Shown here: piece after piece, positions 38,729 to 48,547 of the stretch
How positions within the stretch are numbered: the stretch's first letter is position 1
Layout: each line of letters starts with the position of its first letter
NCBI GenBank assembly: GCA_016713405.1
Contig: JADJPF010000011.1
Coordinates: 114,989 to 178,988, forward strand
Reading direction: 5' to 3'
Source: Blastocatellia bacterium
GTDB lineage: Bacteria > Acidobacteriota > Blastocatellia > Chloracidobacteriales > JADJPF01
Length of the DNA: 64,000 nucleotides
Made by a program: the position numbers and the translations under genes
Notes under the pieces: generated by a model
Told to the model about the DNA's origin: nothing
The model's input: the letters and a program-made list of their open reading frames with translations, nothing else
Database searches by the model: none

Positions 38729-39226
38729 TTAAGTATTTTTTTTAGCTTGAAGCTTTTCTTTCATTTTTTCTTCAACTAAACTAGGCACAAGTCCAGTAAT
38801 TGAGCCATTTAACATAAAAACTTCTTTGACTAGTCGGGAACTTAAATAGCTGTAATCTTCAGCCGCCATCATAAAAACAGTCTCAATATTAGGTGCTAAT
38901 CGTCTATTCATTAGTGCCATTTGTAGTTCATATTCATAATCAGAAACGGCTCTTATCCCTCTAACAATACAATCAGCTTGTTGAGATTGTGCATAATTAA
39001 CAAGTAGACCATTAAAAGTATCTACTCTAACTTGAGGCCAATCTGCTACAACAGCGCGAATAATTTCTATTCGCTCATCAAAGTTAAAAAGAGGTGTTTT
39101 TTGTGAATTTACTAAAACCCCAATAATTACTTCATCAAAAAGCTTAGAGCTACGCTCAATAATGTCTAAATGACCATTAGTAATGGGGTCAAATGATCCA
39201 GGATAAATTGCCCGACGCATACGCAT
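38729..39226 (-). CDS. coaD: Phosphopantetheine adenylyltransferase.
   Basis: [38 protein letters not shown]. Confidence 0.93.
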   Translation of the reverse strand: MRMRRAIYPGSFDPITNGHLDIIERSSKLFDEVIIGVLVNSQKTPLFNFDERIEIIRAVVADWPQVRVDTFNGLLVNYAQSQQADCIVRGIRAVSDYEYELQMALMNRRLAPNIETVFMMAAEDYSYLSSRLVKEVFMLNGSITGLVPSLVEEKMKEKLQAKKNT

Positions 39227-39338
39227 AATCTTTAATTTTGATTTTTGGTAGGATTAAATTTTGAGTGCTATAGCAATTGGTCATTGTGCCAGCAGCATTA
39301 CTAAACTGTCAATTTGTCTTTGCTTATCGCTAGAAATA

Positions 39339-40923
39339 TTACTTAAATGGTAAGTCTAGTATGATTGGGTTGTGATCGGAAATTCCTTCTCCAAAACTAA
39401 AATTGAGTATTGATAAAGTTTGCCCAAAATGAGGTGCAAAAACATAAGGTTGCTTACTATCTGTTGGGTCAGTAAAGTTTGGAGGCTTAATAAATATCCA
39501 ATCAAGCTTAAATTTGCCTATAGGCCCAATTTTACGTTTAACTTGATAAGTTTCTACAAAACCTTTAGTACTTCGTTGGTTTGAATTTGCTAATGTGCCT
39601 GCCTTCCTATCAAAAGAGCGTGTTTTATCACCTCGAAGATCAAATGCTCCTTTATCATCAAAACGAAATTCTTCTAAAAGGGTAAAAAATTCTGCTTCTG
39701 GATTTGGAGAGATAAATCTAACACTTTTAACTGTTGGATCTAAATGGGTTCGACTTAATTTAATTGCTCCTCCAAAAGCATCTAAAATTAAACCTACACC
39801 TGTTGCATACTTAAAGCCTTGTTTAACCCAAAATTCTTCATCACCAACTCGGTTTTTTAGCTCTTTTAAGATAGAAGTAGGTGTAGCATCTGAAGTAGAA
39901 GTATTCATATCACCAGCAAAAATTACTGGGTGTTTAATATTTCTTAGCCTCCCTAAAAGTTCTTCTAGTTGCTTGGCACGGTTTTCAGGCTTAGTTTTTG
40001 ATTCAAGATGTGTTGCAACGATAACTGCTTTGCCTGTTGGGATAGCCTCATCAACAATCTCGGCTATTAAAGTTGTTCTACCACCACGACGGATTTCACG
40101 ATGAATTTTTTCTAAAAAAACAGTTTCGCTAGCTTTTCGTTTTCCTTTTTCTATAAAACTGGTAGCTTTTTTTTCCTCCTCATACCAATCATGAGCTTGA
40201 TATGTAAATGGTATAAGCTGAACATTTTCAAGACGATAGCGACTAAGAATAGCTGTCCCGTGCAAGCCTTTATAAAGATTTTTATCTACTTGGATATTTT
40301 TTACTAACTCGCTTCTATCTGGTTCTGGAATATCTTCAAACTTTTCTGTCCCTAAACTAATTGGATCTATTTCTACAAACTCAACTCCATAGGCATAATT
40401 CATTTTAAGTGTTGTGCCTAGTCGTTCAACCACATTATTATATTTGGTACGCTTTACACCCCAATCAACTTCATTTAGTACAATAACATCAGCTTGTTTA
40501 AGCATATTAACATACTCAATAACTTCTCTACCTCTTTTGCTATCAGCAGAATAGACTTTTGGTCAAGTAGGAAATATATTTTTCTGGGTTAGTAAAACTA
40601 GCTCAATTGCTTCTAAATTAAGGCCACGTTCTATATTCCAAAAACTACTCTTAAAAATTCTCCTATTTCTTTAGACTTTGGTTTTGTGGAACTACCCCTT
40701 GTTGAAAAGCTCTGTTATTAACAAAAGGTGTTGTTAAAAGAGAGGTTAGCTTTTTTTGTAAATTCTCAGGTAACTGCTCTTTTTCACATAATTCTACAAG
40801 CTCTTCATAAGTGAAAATCTCTGGGTCTTTATTGGCTTTTATATTGTTGGATAAAATAAATATTAGAAAAAAACTAAAAACTATTCTTAAGGAAAGGGCT
40901 AGTAATTTATTTATTTTCAACAT
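39339..40923 (-). pseudogene. Secreted endonuclease/exonuclease/phosphatase (EEP) family protein, interrupted by one frameshift and one in-frame TGA.
   Basis: ORF 40663-40923 supplies a signal peptide. A +1 shift within 40663-40673 enters the frame reading ..RRIFKSSFWNIERGLNLEAIELVLLTQKNIFPT. A TGA follows at 40565..40563. Then PKVYSADSKRGREVIEYVNMLKQADVIVLNEVDW... continues in the same frame as ORF 39339-40505. The C-terminal SDHNPI is the EEP catalytic His motif. Confidence 0.7.
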
Positions 40924-41218
40924 ATTAAACCATCAACTTTAGCTAGTAGAATTTGATAAAGCCTAGAGATTATGTAAGAAAAATTTTGTTGTTAGCAAGA
41001 AAAAATTGCTTAAATTAGCAATGATAAAAACACCATTGATTAGTTTATCAGGTTAAGAAATTAACTAGTTAGAAAGGGTTTTAAGACCGGATTTTTTGTC
41101 TCCTGTTTATGCTTCTTTTGCCTTTCTGAAGTTTAGGATGAACTAGTTTCGCTTGCCAGGGTTTTATTGTACACTGACCTATTTGTTACAATCATTCCTT
41201 TTTGGAGTAATCATTTAT

Positions 41219-41824
41219 ATGTCAGATAAAGGTTTTACACTGTGGTTTACTGGCCTTTCAGGTGCTGGTAAAACCACGCTTGCCCACATAGTTGAAACAG
41301 AACTACGCCATCGCGGTTTGAAAGTTGAGATCCTAGATGGGGATGTAGTCAGAACAAATTTAAGCAAAGGCTTAGGTTTCTCTAAAGAAGACCGTGATAC
41401 AAACATTCGTCGCATCGGATTTGTTTGTCATCTGCTTTCTCGTAATGGAGTTGCTGCTATTAGTGCTGCAATTTCTCCTTATCGTGAAATTCGTGATGAA
41501 GTAAGAAAAATGATAGGTGATTTTGTAGAAGTTTATGTCCATTGCCCGCTAGAAGTCTGCGCTCAACGAGATGTTAAAGGACTTTATGCTAAAGCAATGG
41601 CTGGACAAATACCTGGTTTTACAGGTGTTTCTGACCCTTACGAAGCACCTCTTAACCCTGAAGTTATGGTTGATAGTTCAAAAGAAACTCCTGAAGAAAG
41701 TGCTAAAAAAATCATCCATAAACTAGAAGAAATGGGTTATGTCCCTAAACCAGCAGACGAAGTTTATTCAGAAGAAGAAGAAGAAGAAGTTAAACGTCGT
41801 CTGGAAGAATTAGGTTATTTTTAA
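41219..41824 (+). CDS. cysC: Adenylylsulfate (APS) kinase with a 27-aa acidic C-terminal extension.
   Basis: [23 protein letters not shown]...[16 protein letters not shown] precedes the ATG at 41219. The tail is [26 protein letters not shown]. Confidence 0.9.
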   Translation: MSDKGFTLWFTGLSGAGKTTLAHIVETELRHRGLKVEILDGDVVRTNLSKGLGFSKEDRDTNIRRIGFVCHLLSRNGVAAISAAISPYREIRDEVRKMIGDFVEVYVHCPLEVCAQRDVKGLYAKAMAGQIPGFTGVSDPYEAPLNPEVMVDSSKETPEESAKKIIHKLEEMGYVPKPADEVYSEEEEEEVKRRLEELGYF

Positions 41825-41860
41825 GTAAGGTTTTATGTTAAGTAATTTGGAGTTGTAATA

Positions 41861-43221
41861 ATGGGTATTTTAGACCGATTAAGATCTTTAGGAAAATCAC
41901 AGCCAGAAGTAAAAGAAAAAAAAGTAGTTTTATTAGGATTAGACGGTACACCTTACACTTTGCTTAAGCAATTTTGTGCAGATGGCACAATGCCAAACCT
42001 AGCTAAAATTGCTGCTAACAGTAGTTTAAGGCAAATGGATGTTTCTATTCCTGAAGTTTCTTCTACTTCCTGGACTTGTTTTTATACAGGAATGAATCCT
42101 GCACAACATGGGATTTTTGGCTTTTTAGACCTACAGCCTAATAGCTATAAAATCTATTTTCCTAATTCTAAAAGCGTTAAAGTTCCTGCTCTTTGGGATG
42201 TGCTTGGTAATTATGGCAAACGTTCAGTAGTAATCAACGTGCCGGAAACTTACCCGGCTAAACCATTAAATGGAGTTTTGATTTCTGGGTTTGTAGCGAC
42301 AGACTTAAAGAAAGCTACTTACCCTCCAGAACTCTACCCAACGCTTATGGAATTGCAATATAGACTTGATCCAGATGCTCAAAAGCCCGCGAGTCTAAAG
42401 ACGTTTTCTTAGCAGATATTTATGATGTGTTTGAGAAACGTCGTAAAACCATTTTACAACTCTTTGACCAAGAAAAATGGTCGTTATTTATTGGTACAGT
42501 TACAGAAACCGACCGATTACATCACTTTATGTGGGATGCTTTAGTTAATCCTAATCATCCATATCATAGCGGTTTTATTGAGTTTTATCGTCGGGTAGAT
42601 AAATTAATTGGTGAAGTTTATGATAGACTAGATAATAATACTACTTTTATGATGTGTTCTGATCATGGCTTTACTAGTCTTGACCAACAGGTTTACTTAA
42701 ATTATTGGTTAAAGCAAAACGGTTACTTAAATTTTACTTCTGAGCAACCAAAGTCAGTAGAGGAAATAGGCCCAGGTAGCCGAGCATTTGCCCTTGATCC
42801 TACCCGTATCTATATCAATCTAAAGGGTAAATACCCACAAGGCACAGTTGAACCTGGTGCAGAATATGAAAGACTTCGTGCAGAACTTGCAGCAGGATTA
42901 AAGGAAATTTCCTCTAATGGTAAAACTGCAATTAAGAAAGTTTTTATGAAAGAAGATGTTTTTCAAGGCCCACTTATGGATCAAGCACCAGATTTAATAG
43001 TGTTGTCCAACTATGGTTTTGATATGAAAGGTGCTACCAATAAACAAACTTTGATGGATAAAGAAATTTTTACTGGTATGCACACCCAGGACGATGCCCA
43101 TTTTTTAATTAACCGTAAAGATATTAAAGATAAAAAACCGCATATTTGTGATATTGCTCCTACAATTATGAAAGAATTAGGGGTAGCAATTCCTAGTGAA
43201 ATCACAGGTGTAGCACTTTAA
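41861..43221 (+). pseudogene. AlkP-superfamily phosphodiesterase/nucleotide pyrophosphatase-like protein (COG3379-like), paralog 1, frameshifted.
   Basis: VVLLGLDGTPY...IPEVSSTSWTCFYTG...MMCSDHGF. Reading A4 at 42381-42384 as A5 joins ..DPDAQK to ARESKDVFLADIYDVFEKRRK.. Confidence 0.75.
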
Positions 43222-43246
43222 TTAATAATTTAGGTAAAGAAAATCT

Positions 43247-44878
43247 ATGAGTGGGAAAGCCGCAGTAATTGGTCTAGATGGAGCAACGTTTGAAGTCATT
43301 GATGTTTTAATTGATCAAGGTAAATTACCTAATCTTAAACGATTGATTGAAGAAGGTTGTACAGGTTTTTTACGTTCTTCTGTTACTCCAAATAGCTTTC
43401 CTGGCTGGACTTCCGCCGCTACAGGTACTAGCGAAGGTAGACACGGGATTTTTATGCCGCTAGTACGTCGGGAAGATAACTTTACCCTAAAAGCAATGAC
43501 AACTCTGGATATTAAAGCCAAGTCTATTTGGGAGTTGCTTTCTGAACGTGGCCGACAAGTTGGGGTAATCAATGATCCTTGTTCATTTCCTGCGGTTAAG
43601 GTCAATGGTTACTTAGTTTGTGGAATGCTTTGGCCAGGTGGCGAACATCCTTACACTTACCCACTTGAGTTAGCCAATGAGCTAGAAAAGGCTGTTCCGG
43701 GCTATGTTGTGGATGTAAATTTACACGGTAAAAATAAAGAGCAGATTGCTGATGAACTGCTAACCTCTTTAGATCGTCGCCTAGAGGCTTCCCGCTACCT
43801 GCTAAAAAAATATCCTAGTGATTTATTTTGGACAGTTTTTACTGAATCCGACCGCGCCCAACATCGCCTTTGGGCAGCAATGGACAAAGAACATCCTAAA
43901 CACCAGGAACAACCCGCTAGTATTTATAATACAATCTTTCAAATCTATGAAAAGCTTGATCATGCTGTAGGGACTCTGCTAGCTGATTTAGACTCAGAGA
44001 CAACGGTTTTTATTGTCTCTGATCATGGTTTTGGCCCGTTTTATAGCGCGTTTGATATTCCTCGTTGGCTATTAGATTGCGGCTATTTAGTTGAACGAGG
44101 AGAAAAGGCCAAATTAAAATCTGCACTTCGCCGAATTGGTGTATTAGATGAAGTTGCAAGCGTTTATCGGGCAATTCGCAAGCCTTTTCAAAAAGAAATT
44201 GGTTACGGCGTAGCTAAAATGAAGTCTCAAGAGTCTGATACACAAAATTATTTTGAAAAACTAGATTGGTCTAAGACCAAAGCTTACTATACTTTAGATG
44301 GTGGAATCAGACTAAATCTAAAGGGGCGTGAGCCACACGGGATTGTTGAGCCAGGGCAAATGGCAGAAGACATAAAACAGGAAATAAAAAATAAATTGAT
44401 TGACCATAAATATCCTAATGGTGAAAGGGTTTTTCGATATATTTTGACTCAAGAAGAAGCATTTGATGGCCCTTATCGTCATTTTGCTCCTGATTTAGTT
44501 TTATGTATCAACTATGGTGCTTATCTTGGTGATTTATCTAACGATAAATACTTGACACCATCTAATCACAACACAGGAGAGCATACACCAGACGGAATTT
44601 TTATTGCTTGGGGAAAAAATATTCGTCAAGGGGAGCAAATTTCTGGTGCTAATCTACGAGATGTTGCCCCAACCGTGCTTTTTCACTTGGACGAAGCATT
44701 AACGCCAGAAATGGACGGACGAGTTTTACAGGAAATCTTTACACCAGAATTTCTTGCTAACAAGCAAATTAAGCGCGAAGGCACATCTTACAAAGAATTA
44801 TCACAAAACACATCAGACGAAGTTTTTGCTAGCGAAGGTATTGCAGATAAATTACGTAGCCTTGGCTATATGCAGTAG
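43247..44878 (+). CDS. AlkP-superfamily phosphodiesterase-like protein (COG3379-like), paralog 2.
   Basis: AVIGLDGATFEVID...PNSFPGWTSAATG...FIVSDHGFG...GEHTPDGIF. The C-terminus is ..DEVFASEGIADKLRSLGYMQ. Confidence 0.8.
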   Translation: MSGKAAVIGLDGATFEVIDVLIDQGKLPNLKRLIEEGCTGFLRSSVTPNSFPGWTSAATGTSEGRHGIFMPLVRREDNFTLKAMTTLDIKAKSIWELLSERGRQVGVINDPCSFPAVKVNGYLVCGMLWPGGEHPYTYPLELANELEKAVPGYVVDVNLHGKNKEQIADELLTSLDRRLEASRYLLKKYPSDLFWTVFTESDRAQHRLWAAMDKEHPKHQEQPASIYNTIFQIYEKLDHAVGTLLADLDSETTVFIVSDHGFGPFYSAFDIPRWLLDCGYLVERGEKAKLKSALRRIGVLDEVASVYRAIRKPFQKEIGYGVAKMKSQESDTQNYFEKLDWSKTKAYYTLDGGIRLNLKGREPHGIVEPGQMAEDIKQEIKNKLIDHKYPNGERVFRYILTQEEAFDGPYRHFAPDLVLCINYGAYLGDLSNDKYLTPSNHNTGEHTPDGIFIAWGKNIRQGEQISGANLRDVAPTVLFHLDEALTPEMDGRVLQEIFTPEFLANKQIKREGTSYKELSQNTSDEVFASEGIADKLRSLGYMQ

Positions 44879-44885
44879 TAAAACT

Positions 44886-46508
44886 ATGAGTAAAAACCCA
44901 AAAAAACAAGCTGTAATTATTGGTTTAGATGGAGCAACTTTTGACATCATTGACCCAATGATTGCCGAAGGTAAACTACCTAATCTGCGAGAATTAATTA
45001 CTCAAGGTGTTAGCGGCCCGCTTCGCTCAACACTTCATCCAAATAGCTTTCCTGGCTGGTCAAGTTGCACTACTGGAACATCTGAAGGAATGCATGGGGT
45101 TTACTCACCTTTTATTAAACAGCCTGGTGCTTATGAATTTCGCGCAATGAGCGCGTTAGATATTCAAACAAAAACCGTTTGGGAAATACTTTCTGAACGT
45201 CGTCGCAATGTAGGCGTGGTCAACGTTCCTACAACTTATCCAGTTGTCCCGGTAGAAGGTTTTTTAGTTACAGGAATGCTTACCCCAACTTTGCAGTCAA
45301 ATTTTACACATCCAACAGAGCTAAAAAGCGAATTATTAAAAACAATTCCAGATTACATAATTGAACCTAAGCGAAATACTGATAAAGTAGAAAAAGCTGC
45401 TGAATTTCGCCTCTGCCTAGATGCTCGTCAACGAGCCTTAGATTTTCTGTTGCCAAAATATGACTGGGATTTTCTAATGATGGTTTACTCGATTTTAGAC
45501 CGAACTCAGCATGATTTTTGGGCTGATATGGACAGAACACACCATAAACATGAGGCAAAAACCGAGTTTAAGAATTTTATTTATGAAATGTATGAAAAGG
45601 CAGATGTAGCTGTTGGGCGACTGCTAAAACATATTCCAGAAGGCACACCGATTTTAGTTTGTTCTGATCATGGTTTTTGTGCTTCACATTATGAAATTCG
45701 CCTTAATGAATGGCTACGTGAACAAGGTTGGCTTGCTTATCAAGATGGGTTTGCTTGGAAAGCAAAACAAAAGCTAGCTAGCTTAAAAGAAAAAGTAGAA
45801 AATCGAATTAAAGTAGCTGCTCCAGCCGGGTGGGACAATGCTTTAGATAAAAAAGCTTTGCGGGGAAAAGCAATTTTTGAAGAAATAGATTGGTCAAAAA
45901 CTAAAGTCTTCTTTGGTCAAGATCGAGGTGTTTGGATTAATTTGCAGGGGAGAGAAGCAACCGGAATTGTCCCACAAAAGGATTACCTGCCGCTTTTGCA
46001 AGAGGTAAAAACAAAGCTAAAACAGCTTAAGTCACCTTTTGATAACCTACCAGCTTTTGAGCAAGTTTTGACTAGAGAGGAAGCTTTTCAAGGTCGCTAC
46101 TCTGAACTACTTCCAGATTTAGTTTTAATTACTCGTGATTCAAGTTATGTACCGTTAGAAGGTCGTAGCCAACAAGGAACTTTTATTGCTTCTAGCACCA
46201 CTTCAGGCGCACATGCTCCTTATGGAATTTTTATAGCCTGTGGAGAGGGATTTCATAAAGGGTTAAAAATAGAAAATGCTCATTTGAGAGACATTGCACC
46301 TACCGCGCTTTATGCAATGGATGAAGCATTAACAGAGGACATGGACGGACGAGTTTTGCAAGAAGCCTTTTTACCTGAAGTTTCAATGTCTCGCCCTATT
46401 CGCCGCCAAGGGAGTTCATACCGAGATGGTGTTAGCTCAAATGCTTTTGAAGATGGCGAAGAGGAAGAAATTAAAGAACGAATGCGGGCATTAGGCTATA
46501 TTAGTTAA
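44886..46508 (+). CDS. AlkP-superfamily phosphodiesterase-like protein (COG3379-like), paralog 3.
   Basis: The start is moved to the ATG at 44886 (MSKNPKKQAVIIGLDGATFDIID). There are colinear similarities with paralog 2. The C-terminus is ..EDGEEEEIKERMRALGYIS. Confidence 0.8.
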   Translation: MSKNPKKQAVIIGLDGATFDIIDPMIAEGKLPNLRELITQGVSGPLRSTLHPNSFPGWSSCTTGTSEGMHGVYSPFIKQPGAYEFRAMSALDIQTKTVWEILSERRRNVGVVNVPTTYPVVPVEGFLVTGMLTPTLQSNFTHPTELKSELLKTIPDYIIEPKRNTDKVEKAAEFRLCLDARQRALDFLLPKYDWDFLMMVYSILDRTQHDFWADMDRTHHKHEAKTEFKNFIYEMYEKADVAVGRLLKHIPEGTPILVCSDHGFCASHYEIRLNEWLREQGWLAYQDGFAWKAKQKLASLKEKVENRIKVAAPAGWDNALDKKALRGKAIFEEIDWSKTKVFFGQDRGVWINLQGREATGIVPQKDYLPLLQEVKTKLKQLKSPFDNLPAFEQVLTREEAFQGRYSELLPDLVLITRDSSYVPLEGRSQQGTFIASSTTSGAHAPYGIFIACGEGFHKGLKIENAHLRDIAPTALYAMDEALTEDMDGRVLQEAFLPEVSMSRPIRRQGSSYRDGVSSNAFEDGEEEEIKERMRALGYIS

Positions 46509-46520
46509 TATAATAGTCTA

Positions 46521-46985
46521 CTAATAACTACATAATCCAAAATAAAATCTATTTTTTAGAGGATCTACAGCAAAGCGTAGATGTTCAAGAAAAGTTTTAA
46601 GCCCTAGGACGGTTGGATAATTTGCCCAAACTTCTTTATCTATATTTTGTGGAACAAAAACAGACGACTCTATAGATAAATTTTCTCCTTCCTGAGCAAG
46701 CAGAGTTATTGATAGACGGTGTAAATCCCCTAATATTTTGTTACCTCGGATGTTATATTTTATTTCCTGTATTGCAGCAGATGAATTTATTGCTATTGCA
46801 TCTGCTACTTCTGGCGAACAAACAACATAAGGCGAGGCTGTATCAATAAAAGCTGAGGTGCGAAAGCTTTCAATTTCTATAGGAATCATAATGCGTTCTG
46901 TAGAATCTGAGCCTGTTGCAGGTCTATAGTCGTAAGGTGTCCAAGCCCTTGTAAAAGGCGTTCCATCTGCAAAGGAAAGAGCCAT
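46521..46985 (-). CDS. Retropepsin-like (clan AA) aspartic-protease-fold protein with a D-T-A motif.
   Basis: ..RTSAFIDTASPYVVCSPEVADAI.. aligns by eye to the hhhDTGAs motif of bacterial retropepsin-like proteins. Its start overlaps the upstream stop (TGATG). Confidence 0.5.
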   Translation of the reverse strand: MALSFADGTPFTRAWTPYDYRPATGSDSTERIMIPIEIESFRTSAFIDTASPYVVCSPEVADAIAINSSAAIQEIKYNIRGNKILGDLHRLSITLLAQEGENLSIESSVFVPQNIDKEVWANYPTVLGLKTFLEHLRFAVDPLKNRFYFGLCSY

Positions 46986-47731
46986 CAATGTACCTTTGTA
47001 AAGTAAATGTTTTTATGCTCAGAAAATTTTAAGGTAAGTGTTTTAAGAGATTTAGATGCTTCTAGTAGCAAGCCATTTTTTAAGGCTACCCATTGACCTT
47101 TATATTTTTGTCTATTGTTTATTATCCATTTAGAATTAGCTTCTAAATCAGAATTAGCTATTTGATTTTTAGAGATAAGGACAGGATTTTTAAGGATAAA
47201 AGCAAATTTTTCTAATTCTAGGTTTTGAGGATATAACTTAGCACCTAGAAGTGAAAGTTTTTGAGCAGCAAAAACAGCCTCAACTTCTAATGCAAGGCGG
47301 ATGACATAAATAAAATGCTTGGCAGGGTGTTTTGTCCAGTCTATTTTATTTATTTCTTTTACAAAAAGACCAATATTTCCAGATTTTGTTAAATTCTCCA
47401 AATAAACTATTTTGTCAAAATAGCTGCTATCAGTGCTGTCATTATAAGTTGGATGGAAAGATTGCTCATAAGATAAACTATTATTGGATAGAAAGTTATT
47501 TATCCAATCTATTTTATTTGCATTTTTTAGAAAAAGCTTAATGTTTCCTACAGTTTCTTGATAAACTGCTTGATCAAAATAATTATTCCAATATATTGAA
47601 AACAATAGCTTATCATAAGATAAGTTATTGTTAGATAAGAAGTTATTTGAAATAGGATCTAATCTATTTTTGTTAGTATTTTTAAGATTAGATTGTATAG
47701 GGATAAGATTAAAAGTTTGATACATAAACAA
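46985..47731 (-). CDS. Hypothetical protein with an internal tandem repeat of about 52 aa and a C-terminal WxxNxxxYxGxWVA module.
   Basis: Repeat units cover aa 26-77 and 78-132 (NNFLSNN.LSY....YFD..VY.E...GNI.LF.K..NKIDW). The C-terminal KWIINNRQKYKGQWVALKNGLLLEA resembles small DUF5678-type modules as I recall them. This is one of only two genes here that end in TGA. Confidence 0.5.
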   Translation of the reverse strand: MFMYQTFNLIPIQSNLKNTNKNRLDPISNNFLSNNNLSYDKLLFSIYWNNYFDQAVYQETVGNIKLFLKNANKIDWINNFLSNNSLSYEQSFHPTYNDSTDSSYFDKIVYLENLTKSGNIGLFVKEINKIDWTKHPAKHFIYVIRLALEVEAVFAAQKLSLLGAKLYPQNLELEKFAFILKNPVLISKNQIANSDLEANSKWIINNRQKYKGQWVALKNGLLLEASKSLKTLTLKFSEHKNIYFTKVH

Positions 47732-47828
47732 TCTCCTTTTAAGATTAAAAATTTTAGAAAACAGTTAGAAGATTATAACTTTTTGGGAGTTGTTTATAAA
47801 GTTAGTTAGATAGCTATTTTTAAGATCA

Positions 47829-48023
47829 TTAATCAATAATTTCTTTAACTCTACCTACTTCGCCTGTTTGAATGCGAACTTTAATTCCATGTGGATGATA
47901 AGCAGATTTTGTCAAAATATCTTTAACAATTCCTTGGGTAGTTTTGCCTGTTCGTTGGTCTTGTTTTAGCACTATATTTACTTTAAGACCTGGGGTTATT
48001 TCTTTATTTTGTTGGTTTCTCAT
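47829..48023 (-). CDS. YwbE-family small protein (DUF2196).
   Basis: VNIVLKQDQRTGKTTQGIVKDILTKSAYHPHGIKVRIQTGEVGRVKEI matches the YwbE signature. Confidence 0.8.
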   Translation of the reverse strand: MRNQQNKEITPGLKVNIVLKQDQRTGKTTQGIVKDILTKSAYHPHGIKVRIQTGEVGRVKEIID

Positions 48024-48026
48024 CTT

Positions 48027-48512
48027 TTAAGATTCCTTATTTATCTTTTTAGTCACTTTATTTTCTTTCCATTCTTTGTAGCGTTTTTGAGTAGCTTCTG
48101 AGCTTAAAGGTTTGGCGAGTTTTTGAAAGATATTACTTAGTGCTGCTGCTCCAGTTATGGCTAAACCAATAAATAAACTAAGAACAATTGCTAGAGGAAT
48201 AAAAACTATTTTGCTTGAAATTGGCAGTCCACTTTGGAAAAATAAACTGCCTACAAAGCCTAGAATAACAGAAAGAATAACAATCTTTTTTTCTGTGCTG
48301 CCAAAATATTTGTTTGAAGATAAAAACTTTTGCATCCCATCTGCAAAACTAGAAGCATTAAGATCTAGTGCTACATGTGGGTGCTGGGATTTGTTTTTTT
48401 TGTTATAGCCACAATGTACACAAGTTTTAGTGTGACGTGTAATTAGATAGCTTTTGCCGCATACATCACATTTTTTAGTAATAATGTCTTTTTCTAGTGC
48501 ATATTGTGGCAT
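48027..48512 (-). CDS. Zinc-ribbon membrane protein.
   Basis: CDVCGK...CVHCGY followed by two TM helices. Confidence 0.6.
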   Translation of the reverse strand: MPQYALEKDIITKKCDVCGKSYLITRHTKTCVHCGYNKKNKSQHPHVALDLNASSFADGMQKFLSSNKYFGSTEKKIVILSVILGFVGSLFFQSGLPISSKIVFIPLAIVLSLFIGLAITGAAALSNIFQKLAKPLSSEATQKRYKEWKENKVTKKINKES

Positions 48513-48547
48513 AATTAATTTAACTTACAGCTTACTAGCTAAGATAT

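Noticed and set aside
44754-44885. The N-terminal 44-aa extension of AlkP paralog 3 in the ORF track, which overlaps the end of paralog 2. The same issue applies to the extended starts at 41153, 22684, 5341, 6569, 25123 and 31564.
   Set aside because: The extensions begin at TTG or GTG, or overlap upstream genes or ribosome-binding sites, and they lack homology. An internal ATG with a Shine-Dalgarno sequence gives the conserved N-terminus in each case.
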